A stretch of 59,880 nucleotides of DNA from Minisyncoccota bacterium (GCA_023229825.1 JALNYN010000004.1:1-59880), one strand, 5' to 3'. Shown: positions 25,571-33,537, numbered from the stretch's first letter. A program made the numbers and translations. The notes: generated by a model not told the origin, from the letters alone.

Positions 25571-25732
25571 TTATCGCTTCAATGTGGTCGTCGGTTTTTC
25601 GCCCGGCAGATCACTTTTTTCTTTTTCGGTTTTCTCATCTTGAGAATCCGGAGCGCCTTTTTGTTTTTCTTCAGGTTTTTTACCGAGTAAGAAACCGAAA
25701 AAATCGCCCAATGGCATATTTTGCAGACTCAT
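25571..25732 (-). CDS. Candidate 53-aa peptide gene immediately upstream of the TldD-like peptidase
   Basis: GAGGAGG lies 6 nt before ATG. MSLQNMPLGDFFGFLLGKKPEEKQKGAPDSQDEKTEKEKSDLPGEKPTTTLKR. Its stop is 10 nt before the peptidase start. Confidence 0.4.
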   Translation of the reverse strand: MSLQNMPLGDFFGFLLGKKPEEKQKGAPDSQDEKTEKEKSDLPGEKPTTTLKR

Positions 25733-25866
25733 GCATGTCCTCCTCTTTTTCGAATCAAAACTCTTCATTTTTTCAATGAACCAAAGCGGTGGTTTCCTTC
25801 GAATAGAAACCTCCTTCTTGATTATGGTACACGTCAAAGAGGCGCGCAATCTTGCCAAAGATACGT

Positions 25867-26544
25867 TTAGGGTGCGTAGTGTTGCACCAAAGAAATTAAT
25901 TTTTTGTGAATAGTTTGCGGCAGTAAAATATGCCCATTTTTAGCGCAGGAAACGACGTGCCACCCTTTTCGCTTTTTCGCGAGCGCGCGGTACACTTCGG
26001 ATACTTTTTCTTGGTATGTCAAATCATTTTCATGCTGATCTTTGGCTTTTTTCTCCCCCAAATATTCGCGCTGTTCTTTTTGAAAAACGAGAGCTGACGC
26101 GACATCGCGCGGAACATCGAGATACAACACAACATCAGGACGCGGAAGCCCTATCTCTTCATATTCGCCCTGCTCTAAAAATTTTATTACATCATCTCTT
26201 TCCTTCCCCGAGAGCTTCGCCGCCTGAAATCCGATATTACTCGGCGTGTAGCGATTACAGACGACATGACCCTTTTTGAGAGCGGAAATGATGGCATCTT
26301 TCGCACAAGCGCGATCAAGTATGTATGGGAGCGAAGAAAGGTACGGCGACATATGCAAGAAATCGCCGAAATCGCCGGCGAGACATCTGCCGGTCAGCGT
26401 ACCAAAAACCGTTTTTCCATACTGAGGAAAATCAAAATAAGAAACTTTGCCTTTGGTCTTGAGATATTCCAAAAGCAGTTTGCTCTGCGTGGCTTTGCCG
26501 GAGCCATCGCCGCCTTCGAGAACGATGAGTAAGTTTTTTTTCAT
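25867..26544 (-). CDS. tmk: Thymidylate kinase
   Basis: P-loop LIVLEGGDGSGKATQ and the DR(Y) region. Confidence 0.9.
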   Translation of the reverse strand: MKKNLLIVLEGGDGSGKATQSKLLLEYLKTKGKVSYFDFPQYGKTVFGTLTGRCLAGDFGDFLHMSPYLSSLPYILDRACAKDAIISALKKGHVVCNRYTPSNIGFQAAKLSGKERDDVIKFLEQGEYEEIGLPRPDVVLYLDVPRDVASALVFQKEQREYLGEKKAKDQHENDLTYQEKVSEVYRALAKKRKGWHVVSCAKNGHILLPQTIHKKLISLVQHYAP

Positions 26545-26558
26545 ATCTTTATACTATC

Positions 26559-26593
26559 AAAAAAAAGAAAAACGGACACCTTTCGGCATCCGT
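26559..26593 (-). terminator. Rho-independent terminator after folA
   Basis: ACGGA(C/T)-centred hairpin acggacacctttcggcatccgt followed by a long T-run on the minus strand. Confidence 0.65.
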
Positions 26594-26600
26594 CTGTCGT

Positions 26601-26637
26601 CGCCGGTGCGGGGTTGCACCCCGCACCGAAACGTTTG
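26601..26637 (+). repeat. Stem-variant member of the CGCCGG-hairpin-GAACGTTT family (copy 4)
   Basis: cgccGGTGCGGGGttgcaCCCCGCACCgaaacgttt. It has the same flanks as 13181, 31785 and 38358, but a different, fully complementary 9-bp stem. Confidence 0.65.
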
Positions 26638-26653
26638 TACTTTTCGCCAAACT

Positions 26654-27151
26654 TTATTTCTTCACCCTCTCATACACTTTCCACGCGAATTGGTAAGGAT
26701 TATCATGGTCGGCATAATGCATTTTACTCCGGATCTTTCTCCATTTCTTCGGATATATCTTCGGAAAAACCGTATCTCCCATAAAACAGTGATCCACGGC
26801 GGTTAGATAAATTCTGTCCGCCAGAGGAAGTGCTTCCTCATACACGCGCGCTCCGCCGATAATATAGCATCTTGTGCGGCCGGCAAGAGCGAGCGCCTCT
26901 TTCAAATTTTTCGCAAGGAACGCACCTACTATCGGCCGATACCCTTTTTGCGAACTGATAACGATATTTTTTCTGCCGGGAAGAATTCTGCCGATGGATT
27001 CGTGAGTTTTTCGTCCCATGATCACCGGATGCCCGAGGGTTTTCTTTCTGAAATATTCAAGATCGGCGGGCAAAAGCCACGGCATTTTGCCTTTGTATCC
27101 GATAACGCGGCATTTGTCCATCGCAACGATAATGCAAATTAATTGTTTCAT
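26654..27151 (-). CDS. folA: Dihydrofolate reductase
   Basis: ICIIVAMDKCRVIGYKGKMPW...VIMGRKTHESIG...LPGRKNIVIS. Start taken at MKQLICI, 4 nt after the thyA stop. Confidence 0.9.
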   Translation of the reverse strand: MKQLICIIVAMDKCRVIGYKGKMPWLLPADLEYFRKKTLGHPVIMGRKTHESIGRILPGRKNIVISSQKGYRPIVGAFLAKNLKEALALAGRTRCYIIGGARVYEEALPLADRIYLTAVDHCFMGDTVFPKIYPKKWRKIRSKMHYADHDNPYQFAWKVYERVKK

Positions 27152-27155
27152 GTTC

Positions 27156-27989
27156 TTACACCGAGATGGGAGCTTTGATGTGGGGGTGCGGATTATATCC
27201 GGTAAGTTTGAAATCTTCGTATTTAAAATCAAAGATCGAATCCACTTTGCGAACTATCGCGAGCTTTGGAAGTTTTCGCGGATTGCGCGCGAGCTGTGTT
27301 TTCACCTGCTCCATGTGATTGACATACAGGTGTACATCTCCTCCCGTCCAAATAAACTCTCCGAGCTCCAAACCGCAGACGTGCGCCACCATTATGGTGA
27401 GAAGCGCGTACGAGCCAATATTGAACGGCACGCCGAGAAAGGTATCGCAGCTACGCTGATAGAGCTGGCATGATAATTTTCCGTTCGCAACGTAAAATTG
27501 AAAAAAACAGTGGCAAGGCGCAAGCGCCATTTTTCCGTTTTTTACATTTTCTTGCGGAGAAACACTTTCGTCGGGCAAGTCGCCGACATTCCATGCGCAC
27601 ACGATGTGCCGCCGAGAATGCGGACGATTTTTTATCTGCTCAATGAGAAACGCGATCTGATCGATCGTTTTTCCGTCGGGTGTCGGCCACGATCGCCATT
27701 GGTACCCATAAACAGGACCCAAATCGCCGCTTTCCGTCGCCCATTCGTTCCAAATGTTCACATCATTATCAGTGAGGTATTTTATATTGGTTTCGCCTTT
27801 CAAAAACCACAAAAGTTCGTGAATAATGCTTTTCAAATGGACCTTTTTGGTAGTTACCAAAGGAAATCCCCGAGCAAGGTCGAATCTCATCTGATGTCCG
27901 AACATGCTCACGGTCTTGGTGCCGGTTCGATTTTCCGTCAGCACGCCTTTTTTTTGAATGTGCCGCAAAAGCTTGAGATATTGCCTCAA
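27156..27989 (-). CDS. thyA: Thymidylate synthase (ThyA)
   Basis: [15 protein letters not shown]...[18 protein letters not shown]...[12 protein letters not shown]... Confidence 0.97.
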   Translation of the reverse strand: MRQYLKLLRHIQKKGVLTENRTGTKTVSMFGHQMRFDLARGFPLVTTKKVHLKSIIHELLWFLKGETNIKYLTDNDVNIWNEWATESGDLGPVYGYQWRSWPTPDGKTIDQIAFLIEQIKNRPHSRRHIVCAWNVGDLPDESVSPQENVKNGKMALAPCHCFFQFYVANGKLSCQLYQRSCDTFLGVPFNIGSYALLTIMVAHVCGLELGEFIWTGGDVHLYVNHMEQVKTQLARNPRKLPKLAIVRKVDSIFDFKYEDFKLTGYNPHPHIKAPISV

Positions 27990-28060
27990 TTTTCTTCTCC
28001 TTTTGAAAAATAACTATCTTTCGCTTTTATACCACGTAAAATGGAGAGAAACAACCAAAA

Positions 28061-28288
28061 AAAATTTTCAATTTACAATTTTTAATTTTCAAGTGAGTGA
28101 GTGAAACAAAAGTCGCAACTTTTGTTTCCGAATGAACGCAGAAAATATAAGAGTGAAACTGCTTTTATTTTCAATCAATTTTCAAATCAAAATTTTCAAA
28201 CCCGTACCGTCCGCTCGCGAACGTCCCGTTTGAAAATTTTCACATTGAAAAATTGGAAATTTATTAAAAATTGTAAATTGAAAATTTT
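28061..28288. mobile_element. AT-rich MITE-like element with 26-bp perfect terminal inverted repeats (TTTTCAA word family, copy F1)
   Basis: Left end aaaattttcaatttacaatttttaat (28061..28086) is the exact reverse complement of 28263..28288. An internal 11-bp hairpin gaaacaaaagt/acttttgtttc is present. A related copy lies at 38776..38920. Confidence 0.6.
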
Positions 28289-28712
28289 ACTTACCCGTAC
28301 TTCCAAATCTCCCTTCCCCTCTCGCAGTTTTCCCGAGCTCTTTCACTTCTTTTATTTTCGGGATCGCGACGGGAACAATGACCAGCTGCGCGACCTTATC
28401 GCCTTTTTCTATGCGATATTTTTTCTTGCCAAGATTTATAAGGTGAACATTGTATTCCCCGCGATATCCCGCATCATATACGCCGGCAAGAACGTGAATG
28501 CCGCCATTTTTCGGCAAAGAACTTTTGTCTTTTACGAACGCTCCATAACCGACCGGAAATTCAAGCGCGAACCCAAGATCGAAAATATGGCGTTCCCCCG
28601 CCTTCAGATCGTAACTTTCCAGCGAATACAAGTCCATGCCGACATCGCCGGGATGAGCGTAGGTCGGAAGTTTTGCGTTTGAGTTCAGTTTTTTTATTTT
28701 GAGAGTAAACAT
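28287..28712 (-). CDS. dut: dUTP diphosphatase
   Basis: ...LPTYAHPGDVGMDLYS...GRFGSTG. ATG start at 28712 (MFTLKIKKL); a TTG alternative lies at 28730. Confidence 0.9.
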   Translation of the reverse strand: MFTLKIKKLNSNAKLPTYAHPGDVGMDLYSLESYDLKAGERHIFDLGFALEFPVGYGAFVKDKSSLPKNGGIHVLAGVYDAGYRGEYNVHLINLGKKKYRIEKGDKVAQLVIVPVAIPKIKEVKELGKTARGEGRFGSTGK

Positions 28713-28720
28713 AAAAGAAG

Positions 28721-28809
28721 AATAAAGCAATAAGCAAAAAGCAACAAGGGGCGACCGTCCGTTTTTCCCTTTTTGCTTATTGCTTTTTGCTTATTGCTTA
28801 TTGCTTATT
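28721..28809. repeat. Stuttered-arm hairpin, word TTGCTTAT
   Basis: aataaagcaataagcaaaaagcaa ... ggggcgaccgtccg ... ttgcttattgctttttgcttattgcttattgcttatt. The right arm encodes the last codons of the dCMP deaminase. Confidence 0.8.
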
Positions 28810-29316
28810 ACTTTTCTGATTCCCTATATACATTTCCACTTCTTTTGTTTTAATGGTCATCCGGATCTTCGCCTCCTTGAAAATTTCTTTTGACCTTTTT
28901 CCTGCGTGATAATCCTTTAATACGACGATATTTTTGATTCCGGCGTTTATGATGGTTTTTGCGCAGGTGTAGCACGGGGTCATGTGACAATAGAGCGTTC
29001 CGCCATCGAGCGATATGCCGAAACGGGCGGCGACGGCGATGGCGTTTTGTTCCGCATGCGTCGTTCTAATGCAGTGTTCCGACTGGGTACCGTCCGCGTG
29101 TATCACCGTGTGCATTTCGTGTCCGGCATCATCGCAATGCGGCAGCCCTTTCGGCGCGCCCGAATATCCCGTCGCCAAGATCCGTTTATCGCGAGTAATG
29201 ACGCACCCCGTCCGTCCGCGATCGCAGGAAGAACGAGAACCCACCGCCTCCGTAAGCGCAAGAAAGTATTCGTCCCATGTGGGTTTTGTCGATTTTAGCG
29301 GAACTTTTTTCTTCAT
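28798..29316 (-). CDS. comEB: dCMP deaminase (ComEB-type)
   Basis: WDEYFL..., HAEQNAI, and the PCYTCAKTII zinc motifs. Confidence 0.9.
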   Translation of the reverse strand: MKKKVPLKSTKPTWDEYFLALTEAVGSRSSCDRGRTGCVITRDKRILATGYSGAPKGLPHCDDAGHEMHTVIHADGTQSEHCIRTTHAEQNAIAVAARFGISLDGGTLYCHMTPCYTCAKTIINAGIKNIVVLKDYHAGKRSKEIFKEAKIRMTIKTKEVEMYIGNQKSNKQ

Positions 29317-29360
29317 GATGCCATTATACACCAAAAATCCGCCGAAGCGGATTTTTTTGT

Positions 29361-29786
29361 TTAATCTTTGATCTCAATTCCCATGCTTCGCGCTGTTCCT
29401 GCGATGATCTTTGATGCAGCCTCGATGTCATTCGCGTTCAGGTCGGGCATCTTTTTCTCTGCGATCTCTTTGACCTGTGCTGTGGTGATCTTTCCAACCT
29501 TGGAAACTGCGTTCTTCTTGGAACCTTTTGCGAGTCCGGCTGCCTTCAAAATGAGACGGGACGCGGGCGGGGTTTTCAGAATGAAATCATAACTTCGATC
29601 TTCGTAGACGCTGATGACTACCGGAACGATATCTCCTCCCATCGCGGCAGTTGCGGCGTTAAATTTCTGTACAAAGTCGCCGATATTGATTCCCGCTTGT
29701 CCGAGAGCCGGACCGACTGGGGGCGAAGGATTCGCTTTTCCGCCCGCGATCTGCAATTTTATTTTTTTGACTACTTTTTTTGCCAT
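29361..29786 (-). CDS. rplK: 50S ribosomal protein L11
   Basis: [35 protein letters not shown]... Confidence 0.97.
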   Translation of the reverse strand: MAKKVVKKIKLQIAGGKANPSPPVGPALGQAGINIGDFVQKFNAATAAMGGDIVPVVISVYEDRSYDFILKTPPASRLILKAAGLAKGSKKNAVSKVGKITTAQVKEIAEKKMPDLNANDIEAASKIIAGTARSMGIEIKD

Positions 29787-29804
29787 TTTATTTTGAGCTT
29801 ATAG

Positions 29805-29885
29805 CTGTTAGCTTATAGCTTATAGACATACGAACGTCGTCGATTCGTCTATAAGCTAAAAGCTATAAGCTATAAGCTAAAGTTA
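29805..29885. repeat. Stuttered-arm hairpin, 7-nt word AGCTTAT
   Basis: gagcttatagctgttagcttatagcttatag - acatacgaacgtcgtcgattcgt - ctataagctaaaagctataagctataagctaaag. Confidence 0.85.
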
Positions 29886-29950
29886 AGCTTACAATTTTTA
29901 CAGTTGCCGGAAAGTAGAAGCCAGACCGACAAGTTACTGTTTCTATTATT

Positions 29951-30070
29951 AGGACTTACGCGCTTGGATGAGAGGCGCCGCCAAAATCGAGAAACGGAGC
30001 GAATGGTATGAATATACAGTGAGCGAGTATCGCAGATTTTGGCAAGCATGTCGCCAAGCCTGTAAGTCCT
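29951..30070 (-). other. Candidate structured RNA / long imperfect hairpin between nusG and rplK
   Basis: Outer pairing aggacttac..cttgg / ccaag..gtaagtcct and a perfect inner 9-bp stem gccaaaatc / gattttggc enclose about 46 nt. It starts at the nusG stop codon. Confidence 0.3.
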
Positions 30071-30614
30071 AAATTCGCCGAACCTGGAGGAAGTCTAATT
30101 CAACCGGGGTTTCGCGTCCGAAGAGCGATACCAATACTTTGACCTTTCCGCGTTCTTCATCAACTTCGCCCACGCGTCCTTCCAGGTCTTTGAACGGTCC
30201 GTCGGTTATGACCACCACTTCGCCATTGAGAAGATCAATATTGTGTTTCGGTGTGTCTGCGCCCATTCGTCCAAAAAGCATGTCAGTCTCTTTCTTATCA
30301 AGAGGTACGGGGGTCACGCCGGCGCCGACAAATCCCGTAACGCGAGGCGTGTTTCGCACCACATACCACGAATCGTCCGTGACGATCATATCCACGAGCA
30401 CATACCCCGGATAGATCTTTTCTTCGATCTCCGCGCGCTTCCCCGCCTTCACCTTGATCTTCTTTTCGATCGGCACGACCACGTTGAAGATCTTGTCTTC
30501 CATGCCAAGTGATTCGATGCGCTGTTTTAAATTTCTCGCGACGGCGTTCTCATATCCCGCATAGGTGTGGATCGCATACCAATTGCGCTCGCCGGCAATT
30601 TCTTGTTTTGCCAT
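30069..30614 (-). CDS. nusG: Transcription termination/antitermination factor NusG
   Basis: NWYAIHTYAGYENAV... (NGN domain) and the C-terminal KOW ...GPFKDLEGRVGEVD. Confidence 0.95.
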   Translation of the reverse strand: MAKQEIAGERNWYAIHTYAGYENAVARNLKQRIESLGMEDKIFNVVVPIEKKIKVKAGKRAEIEEKIYPGYVLVDMIVTDDSWYVVRNTPRVTGFVGAGVTPVPLDKKETDMLFGRMGADTPKHNIDLLNGEVVVITDGPFKDLEGRVGEVDEERGKVKVLVSLFGRETPVELDFLQVRRI

Positions 30615-30619
30615 TTTTT

Positions 30620-30710
30620 TAGGTTTTAGCTTTTAGGTGTTAGGTGTTAGGTGTTAGTTTTTTAACGACGTCGTCGTGAAGCTAAAACCTAAAACCTGAC
30701 AGCTAAAAGC
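30620..30710. repeat. Stuttered-arm hairpin, 7-nt word TAGGTGT
   Basis: taggttttagcttttaggtgttaggtgttaggtgttag - ttttttaacgacgtcgtcgtgaa - gctaaaacctaaaacctgacagctaaaagc. Confidence 0.85.
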
Positions 30711-30719
30711 GTTTAGTTG

Positions 30720-30905
30720 TTATCTTGAAATTAAAAATTCCATGGCTTTGCGGAAGCCGGCATCAAAAACGCCGAGGAGCACCGCAATGAACAAAGACAG
30801 GGCAATAACCAAAAGGGTAAACGCGATGGTCTGATCCTTGGTCGGCCAGCTTACGTGTTTCATTTCGGCTCTCGTATCTTTAAGGTAATTTATGAAATTT
30901 TGCAT
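30720..30905 (-). CDS. secE: Preprotein translocase subunit SecE
   Basis: 61 aa, ...EMKHVSWPTKDQT... followed by a single TM. Conserved secE-nusG-rplK order. Confidence 0.85.
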   Translation of the reverse strand: MQNFINYLKDTRAEMKHVSWPTKDQTIAFTLLVIALSLFIAVLLGVFDAGFRKAMEFLISR

Positions 30906-31033
30906 GATAATATGTTGCTTTGTTTTCTTGGCGTTTTAAAAATCGCCCTCTCAGGCGTTATAAAAGTATAGTACTCCCTGCAGGGCAAAAAGTCAATATG
31001 CCGGTCTTGCACGAAATAATGTATAATGTTGGT

Positions 31034-31744
31034 ATGCAAAAAGAACTCATTGAACAAATAGAGCGGGAAATCCACGCTCCCGTCCCCGTAGCTCTTTCTA
31101 AAGAGGAACTGAGGCAGCTTATCGATACGCGGGTATTGAACATTTCAGAGGAATTCGCCCGGGGGTTCGAATTTTTGAGCGGAATGGAACGAACCGTGAC
31201 TTTTTTCGGATCTGCGCGATTCACCGAAGACAACGACCATTATCAAATGGCTCGCTTGCTTGCCGGAAAACTGGCTTCTTTCGGTATTGGAGTCGTAACC
31301 GGAGGCGGCGGAGGTATCATGGAAGCGGCCAATCGAGGTGCCTACGAATCAAAAGGATATTCGCTCGGTCTCAACATTGTGCTCCCCCACGAGCAAAAAG
31401 AAAACCCTTATCTCACGGAAAAAGCTCTTTTCAAGTATTTCTTCGTCAGAAAAGTGCTGCTTGCGTACGCAGCCGAGGCATACATATTCTTTCCCGGAGG
31501 ATTCGGCACTTTAGATGAGCTATTCGAAATTATCACGCTTGTACAAACCAAAAAAATAGAGCCCGTTCCGATCATTCTCGTCGGGGACGGTTATTGGAAA
31601 AAGCTCAATAGTTTCATCGAAAAAGAAATTCTGGGAAAACACCATGCGATCAACAAGGAAGATCTGAAGCTATACACCATGACCGATGACGTTGATACGA
31701 TAGTGGATATCGTCCTTCACGCGCCGATACGCGAACAAGACTAG
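31034..31744 (+). CDS. LOG-family (TIGR00730-like) nucleotide phosphoribohydrolase
   Basis: VTFFGSARF..., GVVTGGGGGIMEAANRGA..., FPGGFGTLDELFE. The start is uncertain (31034, or 30998/30920). TATAAT at 31022 suggests a near-leaderless mRNA. Confidence 0.8.
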   Translation: MQKELIEQIEREIHAPVPVALSKEELRQLIDTRVLNISEEFARGFEFLSGMERTVTFFGSARFTEDNDHYQMARLLAGKLASFGIGVVTGGGGGIMEAANRGAYESKGYSLGLNIVLPHEQKENPYLTEKALFKYFFVRKVLLAYAAEAYIFFPGGFGTLDELFEIITLVQTKKIEPVPIILVGDGYWKKLNSFIEKEILGKHHAINKEDLKLYTMTDDVDTIVDIVLHAPIREQD

Positions 31745-31784
31745 AACGAAGTATCGGGAAAGTATCAGTATCAGGGGCGACCGT

Positions 31785-31822
31785 CGCCGGACGCGGGTCT
31801 CCGACCCCGTCCGGAACGTTTT
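31785..31822 (+). repeat. GC hairpin repeat family CGCCGG-hairpin-GGAACGTTT (copy 2)
   Basis: cgccggacgcgggtctccgaccccgtccggaacgtttt, preceded by gtatcagtatcagg words. Confidence 0.8.
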
Positions 31823-31827
31823 GTGTT

Positions 31828-32601
31828 TTACCAGAGCAAGAATGCTGCTATTATTGCTACAACAATTCTGTAAATGCCAAAAGAAGTGAAATCGTATTTT
31901 CTGACGAAACCGAGGAAGAGTTTTATACATACAAGGGCGACAATAAATGAGGTAACAAAACCAGCCGCAAGAATTCCTGCATCGTCCGCAGAAAACGATC
32001 GCCAATTTTTAACGAGATCAAGACCGGTCGCTGCGCACATCGTCGGAACGGCAAGGAGAAAAGAAAACTCGACGATGGTTTCGCGTTTAATACCGAGCGA
32101 TAATCCTCCGACGATCGTCGCTCCGGAACGCGAAACGCCGGGGATCACCGAAATAGCCTGGAATAATCCGATCAGAAACGCATTTTTGTAAGAAATTTGC
32201 GAAATATTCTCAACAAGTTCCATTTTTGGCTTCTTTTTGTAAAGGTGTTCGAAAACAATAAGGATTACGCCGCCCAAGAACAGTGCCCATACGATCACCC
32301 ATTCGCTCCCCATCAATTGTTTAATGAATTTATATAGTGCGAGCCCGATGACCGCCGTCGGTAAAAAAGCGACGCATATTTTTTTAAGCGCCGGAATATC
32401 GCGCAAAAAAACGCGCCAATACAAAACCACGACGGAAAGTATCGCGCCAAGCTGAATGATGATGTCAAAACTCTTTTCAAAATTTCCGCCCGGAAGCCCA
32501 AGAAACTTCCCCGCCAAAATAAGATGCCCCGTCGAAGAAACAGGTAAAAACTCCGTAAGTCCTTCGACGATACCCAAAATTATGGCGTGAAATATTGTCA
32601 T
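31828..32601 (-). CDS. uppP: Undecaprenyl-diphosphate phosphatase
   Basis: GIVEGLTEFLPVSSTGHLIL..., ...PGVSRSGATI. Confidence 0.95.
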   Translation of the reverse strand: MTIFHAIILGIVEGLTEFLPVSSTGHLILAGKFLGLPGGNFEKSFDIIIQLGAILSVVVLYWRVFLRDIPALKKICVAFLPTAVIGLALYKFIKQLMGSEWVIVWALFLGGVILIVFEHLYKKKPKMELVENISQISYKNAFLIGLFQAISVIPGVSRSGATIVGGLSLGIKRETIVEFSFLLAVPTMCAATGLDLVKNWRSFSADDAGILAAGFVTSFIVALVCIKLFLGFVRKYDFTSFGIYRIVVAIIAAFLLW

Positions 32602-32623
32602 AAAAATATTGTATCATAAAAAA

Positions 32624-32650
32624 TGAAAAAACCGCGAGACTTACTCGCGT
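32624..32650 (-). terminator. Rho-independent terminator after 32664..32915
   Basis: CGCGAG-actta-CTCGCG followed by a T-run on the minus strand. Confidence 0.55.
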
Positions 32651-32663
32651 GCATGGTGTTCAC

Positions 32664-32915
32664 TTATGAACTTTTGTCGAATTTTTTACACAAACGTTCG
32701 TACTGCGCCCTATCTATCACTGACACCACATGACGATGTTCGTTTCCGCATTTCGGACAGTTAACATAAAAATAATCAACCTTTGTGAGGCATATACAAA
32801 ACCACCAAGGATTTGGATAATAAAGTACATCTTTCTCGTCGAAATGAAAAACACATTCACATTTACCGCAGTTTATTTCATTCAGAGGTCGTCCTTCTTT
32901 TACTATTTCAATCAT
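32664..32915 (-). CDS. Small zinc-ribbon protein (83 aa)
   Basis: Paired CxxC motifs (CGKCEC ... CPKCGNEH). Confidence 0.5.
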   Translation of the reverse strand: MIEIVKEGRPLNEINCGKCECVFHFDEKDVLYYPNPWWFCICLTKVDYFYVNCPKCGNEHRHVVSVIDRAQYERLCKKFDKSS

Positions 32916-33004
32916 CTTTTTCTCCTAAAAAATACATTTGTTCCCTTACCTTTATACGCGCACAAACATTTTGAGTCAACACACGCTCATGATAGATTCA
33001 ATGA

Positions 33005-33445
33005 ATGATCGAATATAAACGAACGGCAAAGCAAGACCTGCCGAAGATCGTCGCGCTCAATCGAAAAATATTTTTTGGAATGTATTCAAGAGAGCCTTAT
33101 TCACTTGAAGAATACCAAGCTCGGCTTTCCTCCGTTTCTTCCATGATTTTTGTCGCCGAAGAAAACAGCGAACTTATCGCGGATTCCATCGCGTTTGAAA
33201 AAGACGGAGCGTGGTATATATGGATACTTGGAGTTCACACTGATCATCGAAGGAAGGGCATTGCCGATCACTTATTTGAAATGAACGAATCATATGCCAA
33301 ATCGCATGGCCACAGCAAAGTTGTCATAAAAATTTACGCGGTTTCTTCCGCAACGCAAGAACTCGCCGCAAAACGGGGATATTGCACAGTAGAAACCGGC
33401 GGAGAAAAAGATGAAAAGTTTTTGATCGTTGAACTTTTTTTATAA
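33005..33445 (+). CDS. GNAT-family N-acetyltransferase
   Basis: ...WYIWILGVHTDHRRKGIADHLF... (acetyl-CoA-binding motif A). Confidence 0.8.
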   Translation: MIEYKRTAKQDLPKIVALNRKIFFGMYSREPYSLEEYQARLSSVSSMIFVAEENSELIADSIAFEKDGAWYIWILGVHTDHRRKGIADHLFEMNESYAKSHGHSKVVIKIYAVSSATQELAAKRGYCTVETGGEKDEKFLIVELFL

Positions 33446-33488
33446 AAGGTAGAAAAAAGTTTAATACTCTTTTGTTTTTAACTATCTA

Positions 33489-33524
33489 GTCGTTCACATT
33501 TCGCATATGAGAAATATGAACGAC
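33489..33524. promoter_or_regulatory. Imperfect copy of a 36-bp palindrome (downstream flank of the PaaX/Cas2-fold gene)
   Basis: gtcgttcacatttcgcatatgagaaatatgaacgac has 2 mismatches relative to a perfect dyad. Confidence 0.45.
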
Positions 33525-33537
33525 AAACCCATAAAAG

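Noticed and set aside
33005-33445. GNAT as the toxin of a GNAT/RHH toxin-antitoxin pair.
   Set aside because: There is no small upstream or overlapping antitoxin ORF on the same strand. The neighbouring zinc-ribbon gene is divergent and 89 nt away.
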